Of a stretch of 64,000 bases of DNA, positions 19,345 to 30,274 are shown piece by piece. The notes below the pieces were generated by a model, which saw only the letters and a program-made list of their open reading frames with translations, did no database searches and was not told the DNA's origin. The DNA comes from Gemmatimonadales bacterium (GTDB lineage Bacteria; Gemmatimonadota; Gemmatimonadetes; Gemmatimonadales; Gemmatimonadaceae). The position numbers were made by a program, and so were the translations under genes. The stretch spans positions 5,090-69,089 of the forward strand of contig JBDTND010000001.1 in NCBI GenBank assembly GCA_039933915.1. Direction: 5' to 3'. Each line of letters begins with the position of its first letter. Positions within the stretch are counted from its first letter, which is position 1.

Positions 19345-20544
19345 ATGAAGAAGAAATCCGTTCGCGATCTCACCGACGGGCAGGTACGGGGGAAGAGGGC
19401 GCTCGTCCGCGTCGATTTCAATGTCCCGCTCGACGGTGATGGAAACATCACCGATGATACCCGCATCCGCGCATCGCTTCCGACGCTGCAGCTGCTGCTC
19501 GACCGGGGCGCGCGGCCGATCGTTCTCTCCCACCTTGGGCGCCCGAAGGGGAAGCCGGATCCCAGATACTCTCTCCAGCCCGCGGCGGTTCGCCTCCAGG
19601 AGTTGATGGGCCGCGTCGTCAACTTTGTCGAGTCGACGGACTCCGACGAGGCGATCCAGGCCTGCCGGACCGTCAAGGACGGAGAGATTCTCGTTCTGGA
19701 AAACACGCGCTTCCTCGGCGGAGAAGAGAAGAACGATGAGCGTCTGGCCAGGTCTCTGGCGGAGCTCGGCGATTTTTTTGTAAACGATGCGTTTGGCTCG
19801 GCTCATCGCGCCCACGCGTCGACCGTCGGCATTGCCGAACATCTGCGGCCCGCTGTTGCCGGCCTGTTGATGGAGCTGGAGCTCGAGTATCTCGGCGGAG
19901 CGCTTTCAAATCCGAAGAAGCCGTTCATAGCGATTCTTGGCGGCGCAAAAATCTCGGGCAAGATCGACGTAATCGAGCAGCTTCTGCCGAAGGTCGACGG
20001 CCTGCTGATCGGCGGCGCGATGGCCTGCACCTTCTATCGGGCGATGGGCCTCGAGACAGGAAAATCGCTCGTCGAAGAGGACCGCGTCTCAATGGCGAAG
20101 GATCTGCTCGCGCGGGGCGGAATGCGACTGACTCTTCCGCACGACGCGATGGTGGCGCCATCGCTCGAGCGAGCGAAGGAGGCGAAGGCAGTCGCGCGAA
20201 CGGGGATTCCAAAGGATGAAGCGATGTTCGACATAGGCCCGCAGACGATTGCCTCCTACTCGCGAGCGATCGCGACTGCGAAGACCATAATATGGAACGG
20301 TCCGATGGGAGTCTTCGAGACGCCACCATTCGACGGCGGCACCCGGGCGATCGCGGATGCGATGGCGAGCGCTACGGCGAAGGGAGCCATCACGATCGTG
20401 GGCGGCGGTGATTCAGCGGCGGCGGTAAGCGAAGCCGGGCTTGACACGAAGATGAGCCACGTCTCCACCGGCGGTGGCGCATCGCTCGAATTTCTCGAGG
20501 GCAAGAAAATGCCCGGAGTGGAAATCCTCGACGAGGCGGACTGA
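19345..20544 (+). CDS. pgk: Phosphoglycerate kinase
   Basis: [54 protein letters not shown]. Confidence 0.97.
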   Translation: MKKKSVRDLTDGQVRGKRALVRVDFNVPLDGDGNITDDTRIRASLPTLQLLLDRGARPIVLSHLGRPKGKPDPRYSLQPAAVRLQELMGRVVNFVESTDSDEAIQACRTVKDGEILVLENTRFLGGEEKNDERLARSLAELGDFFVNDAFGSAHRAHASTVGIAEHLRPAVAGLLMELELEYLGGALSNPKKPFIAILGGAKISGKIDVIEQLLPKVDGLLIGGAMACTFYRAMGLETGKSLVEEDRVSMAKDLLARGGMRLTLPHDAMVAPSLERAKEAKAVARTGIPKDEAMFDIGPQTIASYSRAIATAKTIIWNGPMGVFETPPFDGGTRAIADAMASATAKGAITIVGGGDSAAAVSEAGLDTKMSHVSTGGGASLEFLEGKKMPGVEILDEAD

Positions 20545-21294
20545 GTGCAGCGCCCCGTCCTTGCCGCGAACTGGAAGATGAACAACGGCCCGACGGCTGC
20601 GAAAGCGTTTATGGACGCCTTCCTGCCGGCATATGCTGCCCGGACTGATCGCACGATAATCATTTTTCCTCCGGCGGTATCGCTCACCACCGTCACTGCC
20701 GCGGTCTCACGCCGACCCGATGTACTCGTCGGCGCGCAGAACATCCACTGGGCGGAGAAGGGAGCGTTCACCGGGGAGATTTCCGCGCCGATGGTCAGCG
20801 ATGCGGGGGCAAAGGTGGTCCTCGTCGGGCACTCCGAACGACGACACGTCTTCGGCGAAACGGATGCGCAGGCCGCGAAAAAGTGTCTGGCGGCGGCCCG
20901 CGCGAAACTCACCTTCATGCTTTGCGTCGGTGAGACCATCCAGCAGCGCGAGGCGGGTGAAACCGAGAGCGTCGTCACTCGGCAGCTTCGCGAAGGTTTG
21001 TCGCAGACGCCCCATCTCATCACAGCCGATTTTCTGCTCGCCTACGAACCCGTGTGGGCGATCGGAACCGGACTCACCGCGTCCGCGGGCGACGCGTCGG
21101 CGATTCATACTCTGCTGCGGACAGAGCTTCGCCAGATGATCGGCACGAGGGCGGACGAGATTCCGATTCTTTACGGGGGCAGCGTCAACCCCGCAAACTC
21201 AGCGAGCCTCCTGGCCGCGCCGGAAATCGATGGGCTTCTCGTTGGAGGAGCGAGCGTCGAAGTATCTTCGTGGCTGGCCATCGCTCAGACTTGA
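20545..21294 (+). CDS. tpiA: Triosephosphate isomerase
   Basis: [46 protein letters not shown]. Confidence 0.97.
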   Translation: MQRPVLAANWKMNNGPTAAKAFMDAFLPAYAARTDRTIIIFPPAVSLTTVTAAVSRRPDVLVGAQNIHWAEKGAFTGEISAPMVSDAGAKVVLVGHSERRHVFGETDAQAAKKCLAAARAKLTFMLCVGETIQQREAGETESVVTRQLREGLSQTPHLITADFLLAYEPVWAIGTGLTASAGDASAIHTLLRTELRQMIGTRADEIPILYGGSVNPANSASLLAAPEIDGLLVGGASVEVSSWLAIAQT

Positions 21295-21349
21295 CTCACT
21301 TGCCGTGCGGTCCGATATTGAACGCCTAGCCTGAACCTTAATCCTATCA

Positions 21350-21754
21350 ATGCTTTACACGTTTCTTCTCACTCTACTCGTCATCGATTGCATCGTCCTG
21401 GTCCTGGCCATTCTGCTTCAGGCCGGAAAGGGAAGTGGTCTTGCCGCGAGCTTCGGTGGCGCGAGCTCTTCGCCTGACGCGTTCATCGGAATTCGCCAGG
21501 CCGGAAATCTTCTGACAAATGCCAGCTGGTGGGGCGGCGGAATCTTCCTCGGCCTGTCGTTCATTCTGCAGATCATGTCGACGCACACTACCGCGCCGCG
21601 CTCTGTGCTGGAGAAGGGCCTTGGTGGCCAGCCGGCGAACGTGGCACCGGCCCCGACATCCGCGCCAGCCGTTCCCCTCGAGCCCGCTCCGACGACAACT
21701 TCCCCAGCGGGAACGCAGACTACGAAACCTCCAGCTACCACTCCGAAGCGGTAA
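21350..21754 (+). CDS. secG: Preprotein translocase subunit SecG with Pro/Thr-rich tail
   Basis: Two TM segments flanking ILLQAGKGSGLAASFGG; tpiA-secG synteny. Confidence 0.92.
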   Translation: MLYTFLLTLLVIDCIVLVLAILLQAGKGSGLAASFGGASSSPDAFIGIRQAGNLLTNASWWGGGIFLGLSFILQIMSTHTTAPRSVLEKGLGGQPANVAPAPTSAPAVPLEPAPTTTSPAGTQTTKPPATTPKR

Positions 21755-21755
21755 G

Positions 21756-22889
21756 TTGGCAGCCGAATCGCGAACCACCGAGCCAGGGTTCCTCCTCCTT
21801 GAGGACGGAACCCTTTTTCGTGGCCGTCTGGCGGGCGGCTCCGACGCCACGATGCTCCCGGCGGTGGCTGAGGTTGTGTTTACGACCAACATGACCGGCT
21901 ACCAGGAAGTCTTCACCGATCCGTCCTATCGCGGCCAGATCGTGGTGATGACCGCGCCGCAGATCGGGAACTACGGAATCAACGCGGAAGATCCGGAATC
22001 GAACGCGCCGCAGATCGCGGGAGTCGTGGTGCGCGAGCTGTCGCAGACGTATTCAAACTGGCGCGCGACCGGCGAACTAGGTGCTTGGCTTGCGGCATCC
22101 CAAGTACCGATAATTCAAGACGTTGACACTCGGCGCTTAACGCGGCATCTGAGGTCGGTAGGCGTGATGCGCGGAGTGATCGGAGCCGGCCTTGAGCCCG
22201 ACGAGGCAAGCAGGGGAGCACTCGAGGCGTGTCCGTCCATGCAGGGCTTGGATCTGGCGTCCAGAGTCTCTACCAAGGAGCGGTACACGTGGGGAGATCC
22301 TCGCGCCCGGCACCACATCGTTGCATACGACTACGGAATCAAGCGCAATATTTTGCGCCTGTTCGGTGAAAATGATTGCCGAGTGACGGTGGTGCCGGCG
22401 GATACGACGGCGGAGGAGGTGTTGGCGGACGCGCCTGACGGGATTTTTCTTTCAAACGGGCCTGGCGATCCTGACGCGGTTTCCTACGCCCCAGGCATTA
22501 TTCGAACGCTCACTCGGGCTGGCGTTCCGACCTTCGGTATCTGCCTTGGCCATCAGCTCTTAGGTCTCACTTTCGGCGGCTCGACCGTGAAGATGCCGTA
22601 TGGCCACCGGGGTGGAAACCACCCCGTTAAGGAAGTAGAAACTGGACGGGTGCTGATAACTTCGCAGAACCACGGATTTTCTGTCGAGGGTGACGAGCGA
22701 TCGGTTAAGGGTTCTAGCGAACTCGAAGTCACGCATGTAAACCTGAATGACGGAACGATCGAGGGGCTGCGCCACCGCGACCTTCCAGTCTTCGGTGTTC
22801 AGTACCATCCGGAGGCCGCGCCGGGCCCTCACGACGCCCGTCCGCTGTTCCAGGAGTTCCTCGGCGCCCTCAAAGGCGCCGTTCGATAG
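21756..22889 (+). CDS. carA: Carbamoyl-phosphate synthase small (glutaminase) subunit
   Basis: LLLEDG, EVVFTTNMTGYQEVFTDPSY, LSNGPGDP, GICLGHQ, SQNHGF, QYHPEAAPGP; TTG 21756 right after the secG stop. Confidence 0.96.
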   Translation: MAAESRTTEPGFLLLEDGTLFRGRLAGGSDATMLPAVAEVVFTTNMTGYQEVFTDPSYRGQIVVMTAPQIGNYGINAEDPESNAPQIAGVVVRELSQTYSNWRATGELGAWLAASQVPIIQDVDTRRLTRHLRSVGVMRGVIGAGLEPDEASRGALEACPSMQGLDLASRVSTKERYTWGDPRARHHIVAYDYGIKRNILRLFGENDCRVTVVPADTTAEEVLADAPDGIFLSNGPGDPDAVSYAPGIIRTLTRAGVPTFGICLGHQLLGLTFGGSTVKMPYGHRGGNHPVKEVETGRVLITSQNHGFSVEGDERSVKGSSELEVTHVNLNDGTIEGLRHRDLPVFGVQYHPEAAPGPHDARPLFQEFLGALKGAVR

Positions 22890-22902
22890 CAGCAAAGTCG
22901 CC

Positions 22903-22931
22903 TTGACACCCAGTTAGTAAAGCCATAGTTT
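22903..22931 (+). promoter_or_regulatory. Sigma70-type promoter for the HU/IHF gene
   Basis: TTGACA (22903-22908), 17 nt, TAGTTT (22926-22931) in an AT-richer intergenic stretch. Confidence 0.7.
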
Positions 22932-22975
22932 CAAAGCACTTACGCGCACTTGGCGCGTTTATACCGGAGCTGTCA

Positions 22976-23296
22976 ATGACCAAAGCCGACCTCGTCGAGC
23001 GCGTCACGACCCAGATTTCACGCACAGCTGGGCCGATGATTTCCAAGAAAGATTGCGCTCGTGTCGTGGACGCTTTTCTCGAGGCGATCAAGGAGTCGCT
23101 CCAGACCCAGGAGAACATCGAGGTCAGAGGTTTCGGCACCTTCAAGATTCGCAATCGCAAGACTCGTATGGCCCGCAACCCACGTACTGGCTCTCCTGTT
23201 GAGGTGTCCGCTCGACCCGTTCCCGTGTTCAAGCCTTCCAAGGAGCTTCGAGCACTGGTAGCCGGCGTCGACATGTCGCAGATGTCCGAAGCGTAA
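22976..23296 (+). CDS. HU/IHF family nucleoid-associated protein
   Basis: MTKADLV, IEVRGFGTF, RMARNPRTG, PVFKPSKEL; GGAG SD. Confidence 0.95.
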   Translation: MTKADLVERVTTQISRTAGPMISKKDCARVVDAFLEAIKESLQTQENIEVRGFGTFKIRNRKTRMARNPRTGSPVEVSARPVPVFKPSKELRALVAGVDMSQMSEA

Positions 23297-23330
23297 CGAC
23301 TTAGCTTCACCCGCCGCAGAGGGGGCGCAC

Positions 23331-23576
23331 GTGTCCACAGTGACGGTGCAGCTGTTCGCTTCATACGCCGAGAGTTTTGGCGGCGCTACCCTCAAAATCC
23401 CGCTTGACCCAGGCAGCACGGTCAGAGATCTCCTCAGTAGCATTCGCATGCTCCCGGGCGCGTATGTCCTTCCGGATTCACCCCGAGTAGCTGTCAACCG
23501 GAGATTTGCTTCCCCCGACCAGCTAATTGACGCGCTGGACGAAGTCGCACTGATTCCTCCCGTGGCCGGCGGATGA
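23331..23576 (+). CDS. moaD: Molybdopterin synthase sulfur carrier
   Basis: LFA, RVAVN, DEVALIPPVAGG C-terminal di-Gly; next to moaE. Confidence 0.92.
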   Translation: MSTVTVQLFASYAESFGGATLKIPLDPGSTVRDLLSSIRMLPGAYVLPDSPRVAVNRRFASPDQLIDALDEVALIPPVAGG

Positions 23577-24013
23577 TACGGAGCGCGGTTGTCACGAGAG
23601 AGATCGATCCGACGGCGTTGATTGCCGAGATCCAGTCGAATGAGCTTGGTGCGATCTCGCTTTTTGCCGGCACCGTGCGCGACACGAACGACGGGCGGCC
23701 CGTAACTTCGCTCGATTATTCAGCTTACACAGCGATGGCAGAATCCGAGCTCGCAGCGATTCTCGCCGAAGCGGCCGATCGATTTGGCGTTACTGTCATC
23801 GTCGCTGAGCATCGCGTCGGCCCCCTCGCACTCGGCGACGTCAGCGTAGCGATCGCAGCAGCGCACGCTCACCGCGCCCCTGCATTGGATTGCACGCGCT
23901 TCGTAATCGACGAGATCAAGCAGAGGGTGCCGATCTGGAAGCTCGAGCATTACGCCGACGGCGGACGAGAGTGGGTCGATCCCACGCAGGCGAGCGGAGT
24001 TGCGAGAGCATGA
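23573..24013 (+). CDS. moaE: Molybdopterin synthase catalytic subunit
   Basis: GAISLFAGTVR, HRVG, AHRAPA, IDEIKQRVPIWKLE. Confidence 0.94.
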   Translation: MIRSAVVTREIDPTALIAEIQSNELGAISLFAGTVRDTNDGRPVTSLDYSAYTAMAESELAAILAEAADRFGVTVIVAEHRVGPLALGDVSVAIAAAHAHRAPALDCTRFVIDEIKQRVPIWKLEHYADGGREWVDPTQASGVARA

Positions 24014-24993
24014 GAGCAGCTCTAAGCGACAGTTACGGACGCCGGATCGAGTACCTCCGCATCTCGGTGACGGACCGGTGCAATTTCCGTTGTCTCTACT
24101 GCATGCCGGCCGCGGGGCTCGAGTGGCTGCCAAAGTCCGGCATTCTTTCCTACGAAGAGATCGCGAGCGTCGTATCGGAGCTCGCACCGCTGGGATTGAG
24201 ACGCTTGCGCATCACGGGCGGCGAGCCGACGCTGCGGCCGCAGCTGGAGCGATTGATCGGAATGCTGCGGTCGAATCCGGAGATCGAAGACATCTCGCTC
24301 TCGACGAACGGCGTGCGGCTGCCAGAGCTCGCGAAATCTCTCAAGGCTGCCGGGCTCGACCGCGTCAACATCAGCGCCGATTCGCTCAGAGGTGTTCGCA
24401 TAAGAGCGATCTCCCGCAGAAACATTGACTTCGATCCGATCGCTGCGGCCGTTGCGGCGGAAGGTGCGGGACTTTCACCCATCAAGCTCAACGTCGTCGT
24501 GATGCGCGGAATCAACGACGATGAGCTCTGCGATTTCGCCCGCCTCACGCTCGACCGCGAGTGGCACGTGAGATTCATCGAGCTGATGCCAGTCGGAGAA
24601 ATGCGGGACCTCACATGGGATCACGTCGTGCCGAGCGAGGAAGTCCTGCTGCGTGTCGCGGAGGTTGCGCCGCTCGAGGCCGCAGTCGGACCCGTTGTCG
24701 GCAACGGCCCGGCCCGATACTTCCGCTTCAGCGGAGCGCGGGGAACCATCGGTGTAATAACGCCGATGTCGCACACCTACTGTGGGAGCTGTAACCGAGT
24801 CAGGCTTACCGCGGACGGCCGGCTCCGCACATGTCTCTTCGGCGATGATGAGGTCGATCTGCGCACGCCGCTTCGCGAGGGACTTCCGCTCGAGCCCTTT
24901 TTCCGAAGCGCGCTCGTCTCGAAACCGAAAGAGCACAATCTCCTTCAAATGCGAGTCGGCGGTCTGCGCGCCTTGTCGCAGGTTGGCGGGTAA
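24010..24993 (+). CDS. moaA: GTP 3',8-cyclase (radical SAM)
   Basis: YLRISVTDRCNFRCLYCMP, TGGEP, RFIELMP, CGSCNRVRLTADGRLRTCL, C-terminal GG; ATG 24010 overlaps the moaE stop. Confidence 0.96.
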   Translation: MRAALSDSYGRRIEYLRISVTDRCNFRCLYCMPAAGLEWLPKSGILSYEEIASVVSELAPLGLRRLRITGGEPTLRPQLERLIGMLRSNPEIEDISLSTNGVRLPELAKSLKAAGLDRVNISADSLRGVRIRAISRRNIDFDPIAAAVAAEGAGLSPIKLNVVVMRGINDDELCDFARLTLDREWHVRFIELMPVGEMRDLTWDHVVPSEEVLLRVAEVAPLEAAVGPVVGNGPARYFRFSGARGTIGVITPMSHTYCGSCNRVRLTADGRLRTCLFGDDEVDLRTPLREGLPLEPFFRSALVSKPKEHNLLQMRVGGLRALSQVGG

Positions 24994-25009
24994 GCGCGAC
25001 CGCGTCCGA

Positions 25010-25038
25010 TTGCTCCGCGTCGTCGCCGCGGGTAACTT
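25010..25038 (+). promoter_or_regulatory. Probable sigma70-type promoter for mdh-sdhCAB
   Basis: TTGCTC (25010-25015), 17 nt, TAACTT (25033-25038). Confidence 0.5.
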
Positions 25039-25071
25039 TCGCGTACTACTCTCCACAATCAGAACGGGACA

Positions 25072-26001
25072 ATGGTAAACAAGATCACGGTTGTCGGCGC
25101 TGGCAATGTCGGCGCGACTACCGCGCAGCGCATAGCCGAAAAAGAGCTCGCCCGCACCGTCGTGATGGTCGACGTGATGGAAGGAATCCCGCAGGGGAAG
25201 GCGCTCGATCAATGGCAATCGGCTCCCATTGAAGGCTTCGACTCACGGATCATCGGCACCAACGGCTACGAAGAGACGCGCGGATCCGAGATCGTCGTCA
25301 TCACCGCGGGAATCGCGCGAAAGCCGGGCATGTCGCGCGACGATCTTCTCAATACCAACGCGGGAATCGTCAAGCAGGTGTCCGAGCAGATCAAGGCGAG
25401 CTCGCCGGACGCGATTCTGATCGTCGTCTCAAATCCGCTGGACGTGATGTCTTACGTCGCAATGAAAGTCACCGGCTTTCCGCGCGAGCGAGTGCTGGGA
25501 ATGGCGGGCGTGCTGGATACGGCTCGCTATCGCGCGTTCCTTGCCGAGGAGCTCGACGTCTCCGTGCGCGACATCCAGGCGATGGTTCTGGGCGGTCACG
25601 GCGATACAATGGTGCCGCTCATCTCGTATACCTCTGTCAGCGGAATACCGATCACGCAGCTGATGACCCCGGCGAAGCTCAATTCAATCGTCGAGCGGAC
25701 CCGCACGGGCGGGGCAGAGATCGTGAAGCACCTGAAGACCGGATCTGCCTACTACGCTCCGTCGGCGGCCGCGGTTCAGATGTGTGAAGCGATCGTGTTC
25801 GATCAGAAGCGCATTCTTCCCTGCGCCGCCTGGCTCGAGGGTGAGTATGGGATGTCCGGCATCTTCCTCGGCGTCCCCTGCAAGCTGGGGCGCGAGGGCC
25901 TGATGAAGATCATCGAAGTGGAGCTCACGACGGAGGAGCGCGATGCCCTGGCGAAGAGCGCGGACGCGGTCCGCGAGCCAATGGGCGCGGTGAAGCTGTA
26001 A
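25072..26001 (+). CDS. mdh: Malate dehydrogenase (LDH-like type)
   Basis: [46 protein letters not shown]. Confidence 0.97.
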   Translation: MVNKITVVGAGNVGATTAQRIAEKELARTVVMVDVMEGIPQGKALDQWQSAPIEGFDSRIIGTNGYEETRGSEIVVITAGIARKPGMSRDDLLNTNAGIVKQVSEQIKASSPDAILIVVSNPLDVMSYVAMKVTGFPRERVLGMAGVLDTARYRAFLAEELDVSVRDIQAMVLGGHGDTMVPLISYTSVSGIPITQLMTPAKLNSIVERTRTGGAEIVKHLKTGSAYYAPSAAAVQMCEAIVFDQKRILPCAAWLEGEYGMSGIFLGVPCKLGREGLMKIIEVELTTEERDALAKSADAVREPMGAVKL

Positions 26002-26008
26002 CACGCCG

Positions 26009-26671
26009 ATGGGCAGGCTTCGCGGGTTCTACGCTTCCATGGTCGGCAAGAAAGTCGTCATGGGAGTCACAGGTCTCATCGGCATTGGCTTCGTCATTCT
26101 CCACTCGCTCGGCAACCTGCTGGTGTTTCGCGGACCCGAGGCCATCAACTCCTACTCGCACTTTCTCAAGAGCACGGGAGAGCTGCTCTGGGGTTTTCGC
26201 ATCGTGCTGATCGTGGCCGTGATTCTTCACGTCATCGCGGCGGTGCAGCTGACGCGTCAAAGTCGGGCGGCGCGACCGATCGGCTATGCCAAGGTCGAGC
26301 ATCAGGCCGCGACAATCGCTTCCCGCACGATGCGCTGGGGCGGAGCGTTTCTGCTCGTGTTCACCGTGCTCCACATTCTGCATTTCACGACCGGCACCAT
26401 CCGGCCGGCCGGCACGTTCGCCGCACAGGACGTGTATGTCAACATCGTGGGCAGCTTCCGGATATGGTGGGTGTCGCTCTTCTATGTGGTCGCGATGATA
26501 GCGCTCGGATTTCATCTCCTTCATGGCGCCTGGAGCTCAGTGAGAAGCATCGGGGTCAGTCCGGCTTCGCCGGACCCTTTGCATCGAAGGGTCTCGCTTG
26601 TGATCGCGCTCTTCCTGTGGGCTGCATTCACGGCTGTTCCGGTGGCGGTATTCCTGGGGATCGTGCGATGA
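26009..26671 (+). CDS. sdhC: Succinate dehydrogenase/fumarate reductase cytochrome b subunit (single-anchor type)
   Basis: [10 protein letters not shown], five hydrophobic segments with His ligands, ASRTM, HLLHG; precedes flavoprotein. Confidence 0.92.
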   Translation: MGRLRGFYASMVGKKVVMGVTGLIGIGFVILHSLGNLLVFRGPEAINSYSHFLKSTGELLWGFRIVLIVAVILHVIAAVQLTRQSRAARPIGYAKVEHQAATIASRTMRWGGAFLLVFTVLHILHFTTGTIRPAGTFAAQDVYVNIVGSFRIWWVSLFYVVAMIALGFHLLHGAWSSVRSIGVSPASPDPLHRRVSLVIALFLWAAFTAVPVAVFLGIVR

Positions 26672-28587
26672 CGATTAACCTCAACCCCCGCACTCCAGGC
26701 GGACCGCTCGCGCAGAAGTGGGACAAGCATCGCTTCGAGATGAAGCTGGTCAACCCCGCGAACAAGCGGAAATACACGGTCATCGTCGTCGGCTCCGGAC
26801 TCGCAGGCGGCGCGGCCGCGGCGACGATGAGCGAGCTCGGCTACAACGTGAAGTGTTTCTGCTTTCAGGATTCACCCAGGCGCGCGCATAGCATCGCGGC
26901 GCAGGGAGGAATCAACGCCGCCAAGAATTATCAGAACGACGGCGACAGCATCTATCGACTCTTCTACGATACGCTCAAGGGCGGTGATTTCCGCTCGCGC
27001 GAGGCGAATGTCTACCGACTGGCCGAGGTGAGCGTGAACATCATCGACCAGTGCGTCGCGCAGGGAGTTCCATTCGCCCGCGAGTACGGCGGCCTTCTCG
27101 CCAATCGCTCGTTCGGTGGGGCGCAGGTGTCACGAACCTTTTACGCGCGAGGGCAGACCGGGCAGCAGCTCCTGCTCGGTGCTTATCAGGCTCTCGAGCG
27201 CCAGATCGCGAGGGGTGGGGTCAAGATGTATCCGCGCACCGAGATGCTCGATCTCGTGGTGATCGACGGTAAGGCGCGCGGCATAGTCGTGCGCGATCTC
27301 GTGACCGGCGCGATTGAATCGCACGTTGCCGATGCAGTCGTTCTCGCGACTGGAGGGTACGGGAACGTGTTCTACCTCTCGACCAACGCGCAGGGTTCGA
27401 ACGCCACGGCAATCTGGCGAGCGTACAAGCGCGGTGCAGCCTTCGCGAATCCGTGCTTTACCCAGATTCACCCGACGTGCATTCCCGTGAGCGGCGAGCA
27501 TCAATCGAAGCTGACGCTGATGAGCGAATCGCTGAGGAACGATGGGCGTGTGTGGGTGCCGAAGCAGAAGGGAGACAGGCGGACTCCGCGCGACATTCCC
27601 GAGAATGAAAGGGACTACTTCCTCGAGAGAAAATATCCGAGCTTCGGAAATCTGGCACCGCGTGACATAGCGTCGCGCGCGGCAAAGGAAGTTTGCGACG
27701 AGTGGAGGGGAGTCGGCGAAACAGGACTCGGCGTCTATCTCGATTTCGCGGGTGCCATCGAGAGGCTGGGAAAGGATGTCATCAGGGAACGTTACGGAAA
27801 CCTGTTCGAGATGTACGAGCGAATTACGGACGAGAATCCGTACGAAGTTCCAATGCGAATCTACCCCGCCGTTCACTACACAATGGGCGGGCTGTGGGTG
27901 GACTACAATCTGATGAGCACGATCGACGGCCTGCATGTAGCGGGCGAGGCAAACTTCTCCGATCACGGCGCGAACAGGCTCGGAGCGAGCGCGCTGATGC
28001 AGGGGCTCGCGGACGGATACTTCCTCCTTCCGAACACCATCGGCGATTATCTCGCGACCGTCAAGCCGGAGAAGGTGGATGCGTCGCATCCCGCGTTCAA
28101 GGCAGCGGAGCGTCAGGTCGCCGAGATGACTAAGAAGCTGCTGTCGATCAATGGAAAGCGGACGGTTGCTTCGTTCCACCGCGAGCTCGGCAAAATCCTG
28201 TGGGATTACTGCGGCATGTCGCGCAACGAAGCAGGCCTCGAGACAGCCATTGAGAAAATCTCCGAGCTGCGCACGGAGTTCTGGCGGGATGTCAACGTGC
28301 CCGGCAGTGACGTGGAGCTGAACCAGGCCCTCGAGAAGGCGGGGCGCGTCGCCGACTTCTTCGAACTTGGGGAGCTCATGTGCATCGACGCTCTGCATCG
28401 CCGGGAATCGTGCGGCGGCCATTTCAGGGAGGAGAGTCAGACGCCAGACGGCGAGGCTCTGCGTGACGACGAGAACTTTGCCTACGTCGCGGCCTGGGAG
28501 TACGCGGGCGAGCGGCAGAGTCCCATTCTGAACAAGGAGCCGCTGGTCTTCGAAAACGTCAAACTGTCGCAGCGGAGCTATAAGTGA
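26668..28587 (+). CDS. sdhA: Succinate dehydrogenase/fumarate reductase flavoprotein subunit
   Basis: [61 protein letters not shown]; ATG 26668. Confidence 0.96.
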   Translation: MTINLNPRTPGGPLAQKWDKHRFEMKLVNPANKRKYTVIVVGSGLAGGAAAATMSELGYNVKCFCFQDSPRRAHSIAAQGGINAAKNYQNDGDSIYRLFYDTLKGGDFRSREANVYRLAEVSVNIIDQCVAQGVPFAREYGGLLANRSFGGAQVSRTFYARGQTGQQLLLGAYQALERQIARGGVKMYPRTEMLDLVVIDGKARGIVVRDLVTGAIESHVADAVVLATGGYGNVFYLSTNAQGSNATAIWRAYKRGAAFANPCFTQIHPTCIPVSGEHQSKLTLMSESLRNDGRVWVPKQKGDRRTPRDIPENERDYFLERKYPSFGNLAPRDIASRAAKEVCDEWRGVGETGLGVYLDFAGAIERLGKDVIRERYGNLFEMYERITDENPYEVPMRIYPAVHYTMGGLWVDYNLMSTIDGLHVAGEANFSDHGANRLGASALMQGLADGYFLLPNTIGDYLATVKPEKVDASHPAFKAAERQVAEMTKKLLSINGKRTVASFHRELGKILWDYCGMSRNEAGLETAIEKISELRTEFWRDVNVPGSDVELNQALEKAGRVADFFELGELMCIDALHRRESCGGHFREESQTPDGEALRDDENFAYVAAWEYAGERQSPILNKEPLVFENVKLSQRSYK

Positions 28588-29339
28588 TGGATCTCACGCT
28601 GCACGTTTGGCGACAGGCCGCCCCGGATACACCCGGCAGGTTCGTTGTCTACGAGGCCACGAATATCAGTCCCGACATGTCCTTCCTGGAGATGCTCGAC
28701 GTCGTTAACGAGAGACTCACCCAGCGGGGCGAAGTTCCGATCGCATTCGATCACGATTGCCGGGAGGGCATCTGCGGCATGTGCAGCCTGATGATCAACG
28801 GCGTCGCACATGGGCCGATGAAAGGGACGGCCACCTGCCAGGTCCACATGCGGAGCTTCAAGGATGGCGGGAAGATCTACATCGAGCCATGGCGCGCCAA
28901 GGCATTTCCGGTCATCAAGGATCTCACCGTAGACCGATCTGCTCTCGACAGAGTCATCCAGGCCGGCGGGTTCATCACGGCGCCTACCGGCGGAGCGCAG
29001 GACGCCAACACCGTTCTCGTGCCCAAGGACAACGTCGAAGCCGCGATGGATGCGGCCGCGTGCATTGGATGCGGTGCGTGCGTCGCCGCGTGCCCCAATG
29101 CATCGGCGTCGCTCTTCACCGCGGCGAAGATCACGCACCTGGGCCTCTTGCCCCAGGGGCAGCCGGAGCGCTACCGCCGCGCGCTCGCGATGGTCGAGCA
29201 GATGGATCTCGAGAGTTTTGGAAACTGCACGCTTCACGGCGAATGCCAGGAAGCGTGTCCGAAAGAGATCAGCATCGACACCATTACGCGAATGAACCGC
29301 GACTTCATCCGGGCGGAGTTGGTCGGCACCCGGCGGTAA
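28587..29339 (+). CDS. sdhB: Succinate dehydrogenase/fumarate reductase iron-sulfur subunit
   Basis: [33 protein letters not shown]. Confidence 0.96.
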   Translation: MDLTLHVWRQAAPDTPGRFVVYEATNISPDMSFLEMLDVVNERLTQRGEVPIAFDHDCREGICGMCSLMINGVAHGPMKGTATCQVHMRSFKDGGKIYIEPWRAKAFPVIKDLTVDRSALDRVIQAGGFITAPTGGAQDANTVLVPKDNVEAAMDAAACIGCGACVAACPNASASLFTAAKITHLGLLPQGQPERYRRALAMVEQMDLESFGNCTLHGECQEACPKEISIDTITRMNRDFIRAELVGTRR

Positions 29340-29355
29340 TGCTCGCGTGGTGCCG

Positions 29356-29658
29356 CTAGATCTTCGGGATATGGTCCGGGTCTAGATGCCGGCGCTCGAC
29401 CTCGCGGTGCAGGCGAGTCTTCTCACTGTTTTTCTCCGCGGCGTCGTGCTGCTGGCGCTCCTCGAACAGTCTGTGGGCGGCGTTGTGGTGCGCGGGTTTT
29501 TTTACGGGCGGGAGGGGGTTAAGCTCCGGGTCAGGAGGCGGTGCGCCGGTGCCGTTGCCAGAATGCAGCTGTTCGAGAATCTTGCCGCGAGTTTTTGAGC
29601 CGTGCTGCCCCTCTGCGTGGTCCTGAGGTCCTTTTTGTACGCCGTCACGATTCTGCAT
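29356..29658 (-). CDS. Small hydrophilic His-rich hypothetical protein (about 100 aa)
   Basis: Fills the sdhB-dcd gap; AGGAGG about 12 nt upstream of ATG 29658; MQNRDGVQKGPQDHAEGQHG... Confidence 0.65.
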   Translation of the reverse strand: MQNRDGVQKGPQDHAEGQHGSKTRGKILEQLHSGNGTGAPPPDPELNPLPPVKKPAHHNAAHRLFEERQQHDAAEKNSEKTRLHREVERRHLDPDHIPKI

Positions 29659-29719
29659 CAGCTTTGGTTCCTCCTGAATACGGTTGGTCATTACATCAGT
29701 TGGCAAGCTCAGGGCCACC

Positions 29720-30274
29720 TTAAAGCCGAGGCAGTGTAACCCCCTGCTGCCCCTGATACTTTCCCTTTTTGTCCTTGTATGACACTTCGGGTTCCTCGTC
29801 GCCCTTGAAAAAGAGGACCTGCGCGATGCCTTCGTTGGCGTAGATCTTGGCGGGGAGCGGCGTGGTGTTCGAAATCTCGAGAGTGACGAAACCTTCCCAC
29901 TCGGGCTCGAAGGGCGTCACGTTGGTGATGATTCCACACCTCGCGTAGGTGGACTTCCCGACAGTGATCGTCACCACATTGCGAGGAATTCGGAAGTATT
30001 CCACCGAGCGGCCGAGGGCGAAGGAGTTCGGCGGAACGATACAAATGGGACCTTCGAACTCGACGAAAGAGTTCGAATCGAAATTCTTGGGGTCCACGAT
30101 CGAGCTCATCACATTGGTGAAGATCTTGAACTCGGGCGCGACGCGCATGTCGTAGCCGTAGGAGCTCACTCCATATGAAATGACCCCCGCTCTAACCTGA
30201 CTGCTCTCGAAGGGCTCGATCATCCCGTGCTCTCTGGCCATGCGGGTGATCCAGCGATCCGCCTGAATTGACAT
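29720..30274 (-). CDS. dcd: dCTP deaminase
   Basis: [49 protein letters not shown]; ATG 30274. Confidence 0.96.
   Translation of the reverse strand: MSIQADRWITRMAREHGMIEPFESSQVRAGVISYGVSSYGYDMRVAPEFKIFTNVMSSIVDPKNFDSNSFVEFEGPICIVPPNSFALGRSVEYFRIPRNVVTITVGKSTYARCGIITNVTPFEPEWEGFVTLEISNTTPLPAKIYANEGIAQVLFFKGDEEPEVSYKDKKGKYQGQQGVTLPRL

Noticed and set aside
21291-21320. Possible secG promoter TTGACT-17-GATATT
   Set aside because: Plausible, but the -10 lacks the conserved first T, so support is too weak to call.
21740-21770. tRNA gene often found after secG
   Set aside because: carA starts 1 nt after the secG stop; I saw no cloverleaf here or in other intergenic gaps.
27690-27715. SdhA DEWRGVG where DEGRGVG is more familiar
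   Set aside because: Single substitution outside the catalytic motifs; cannot be told apart from neutral change or a base error.
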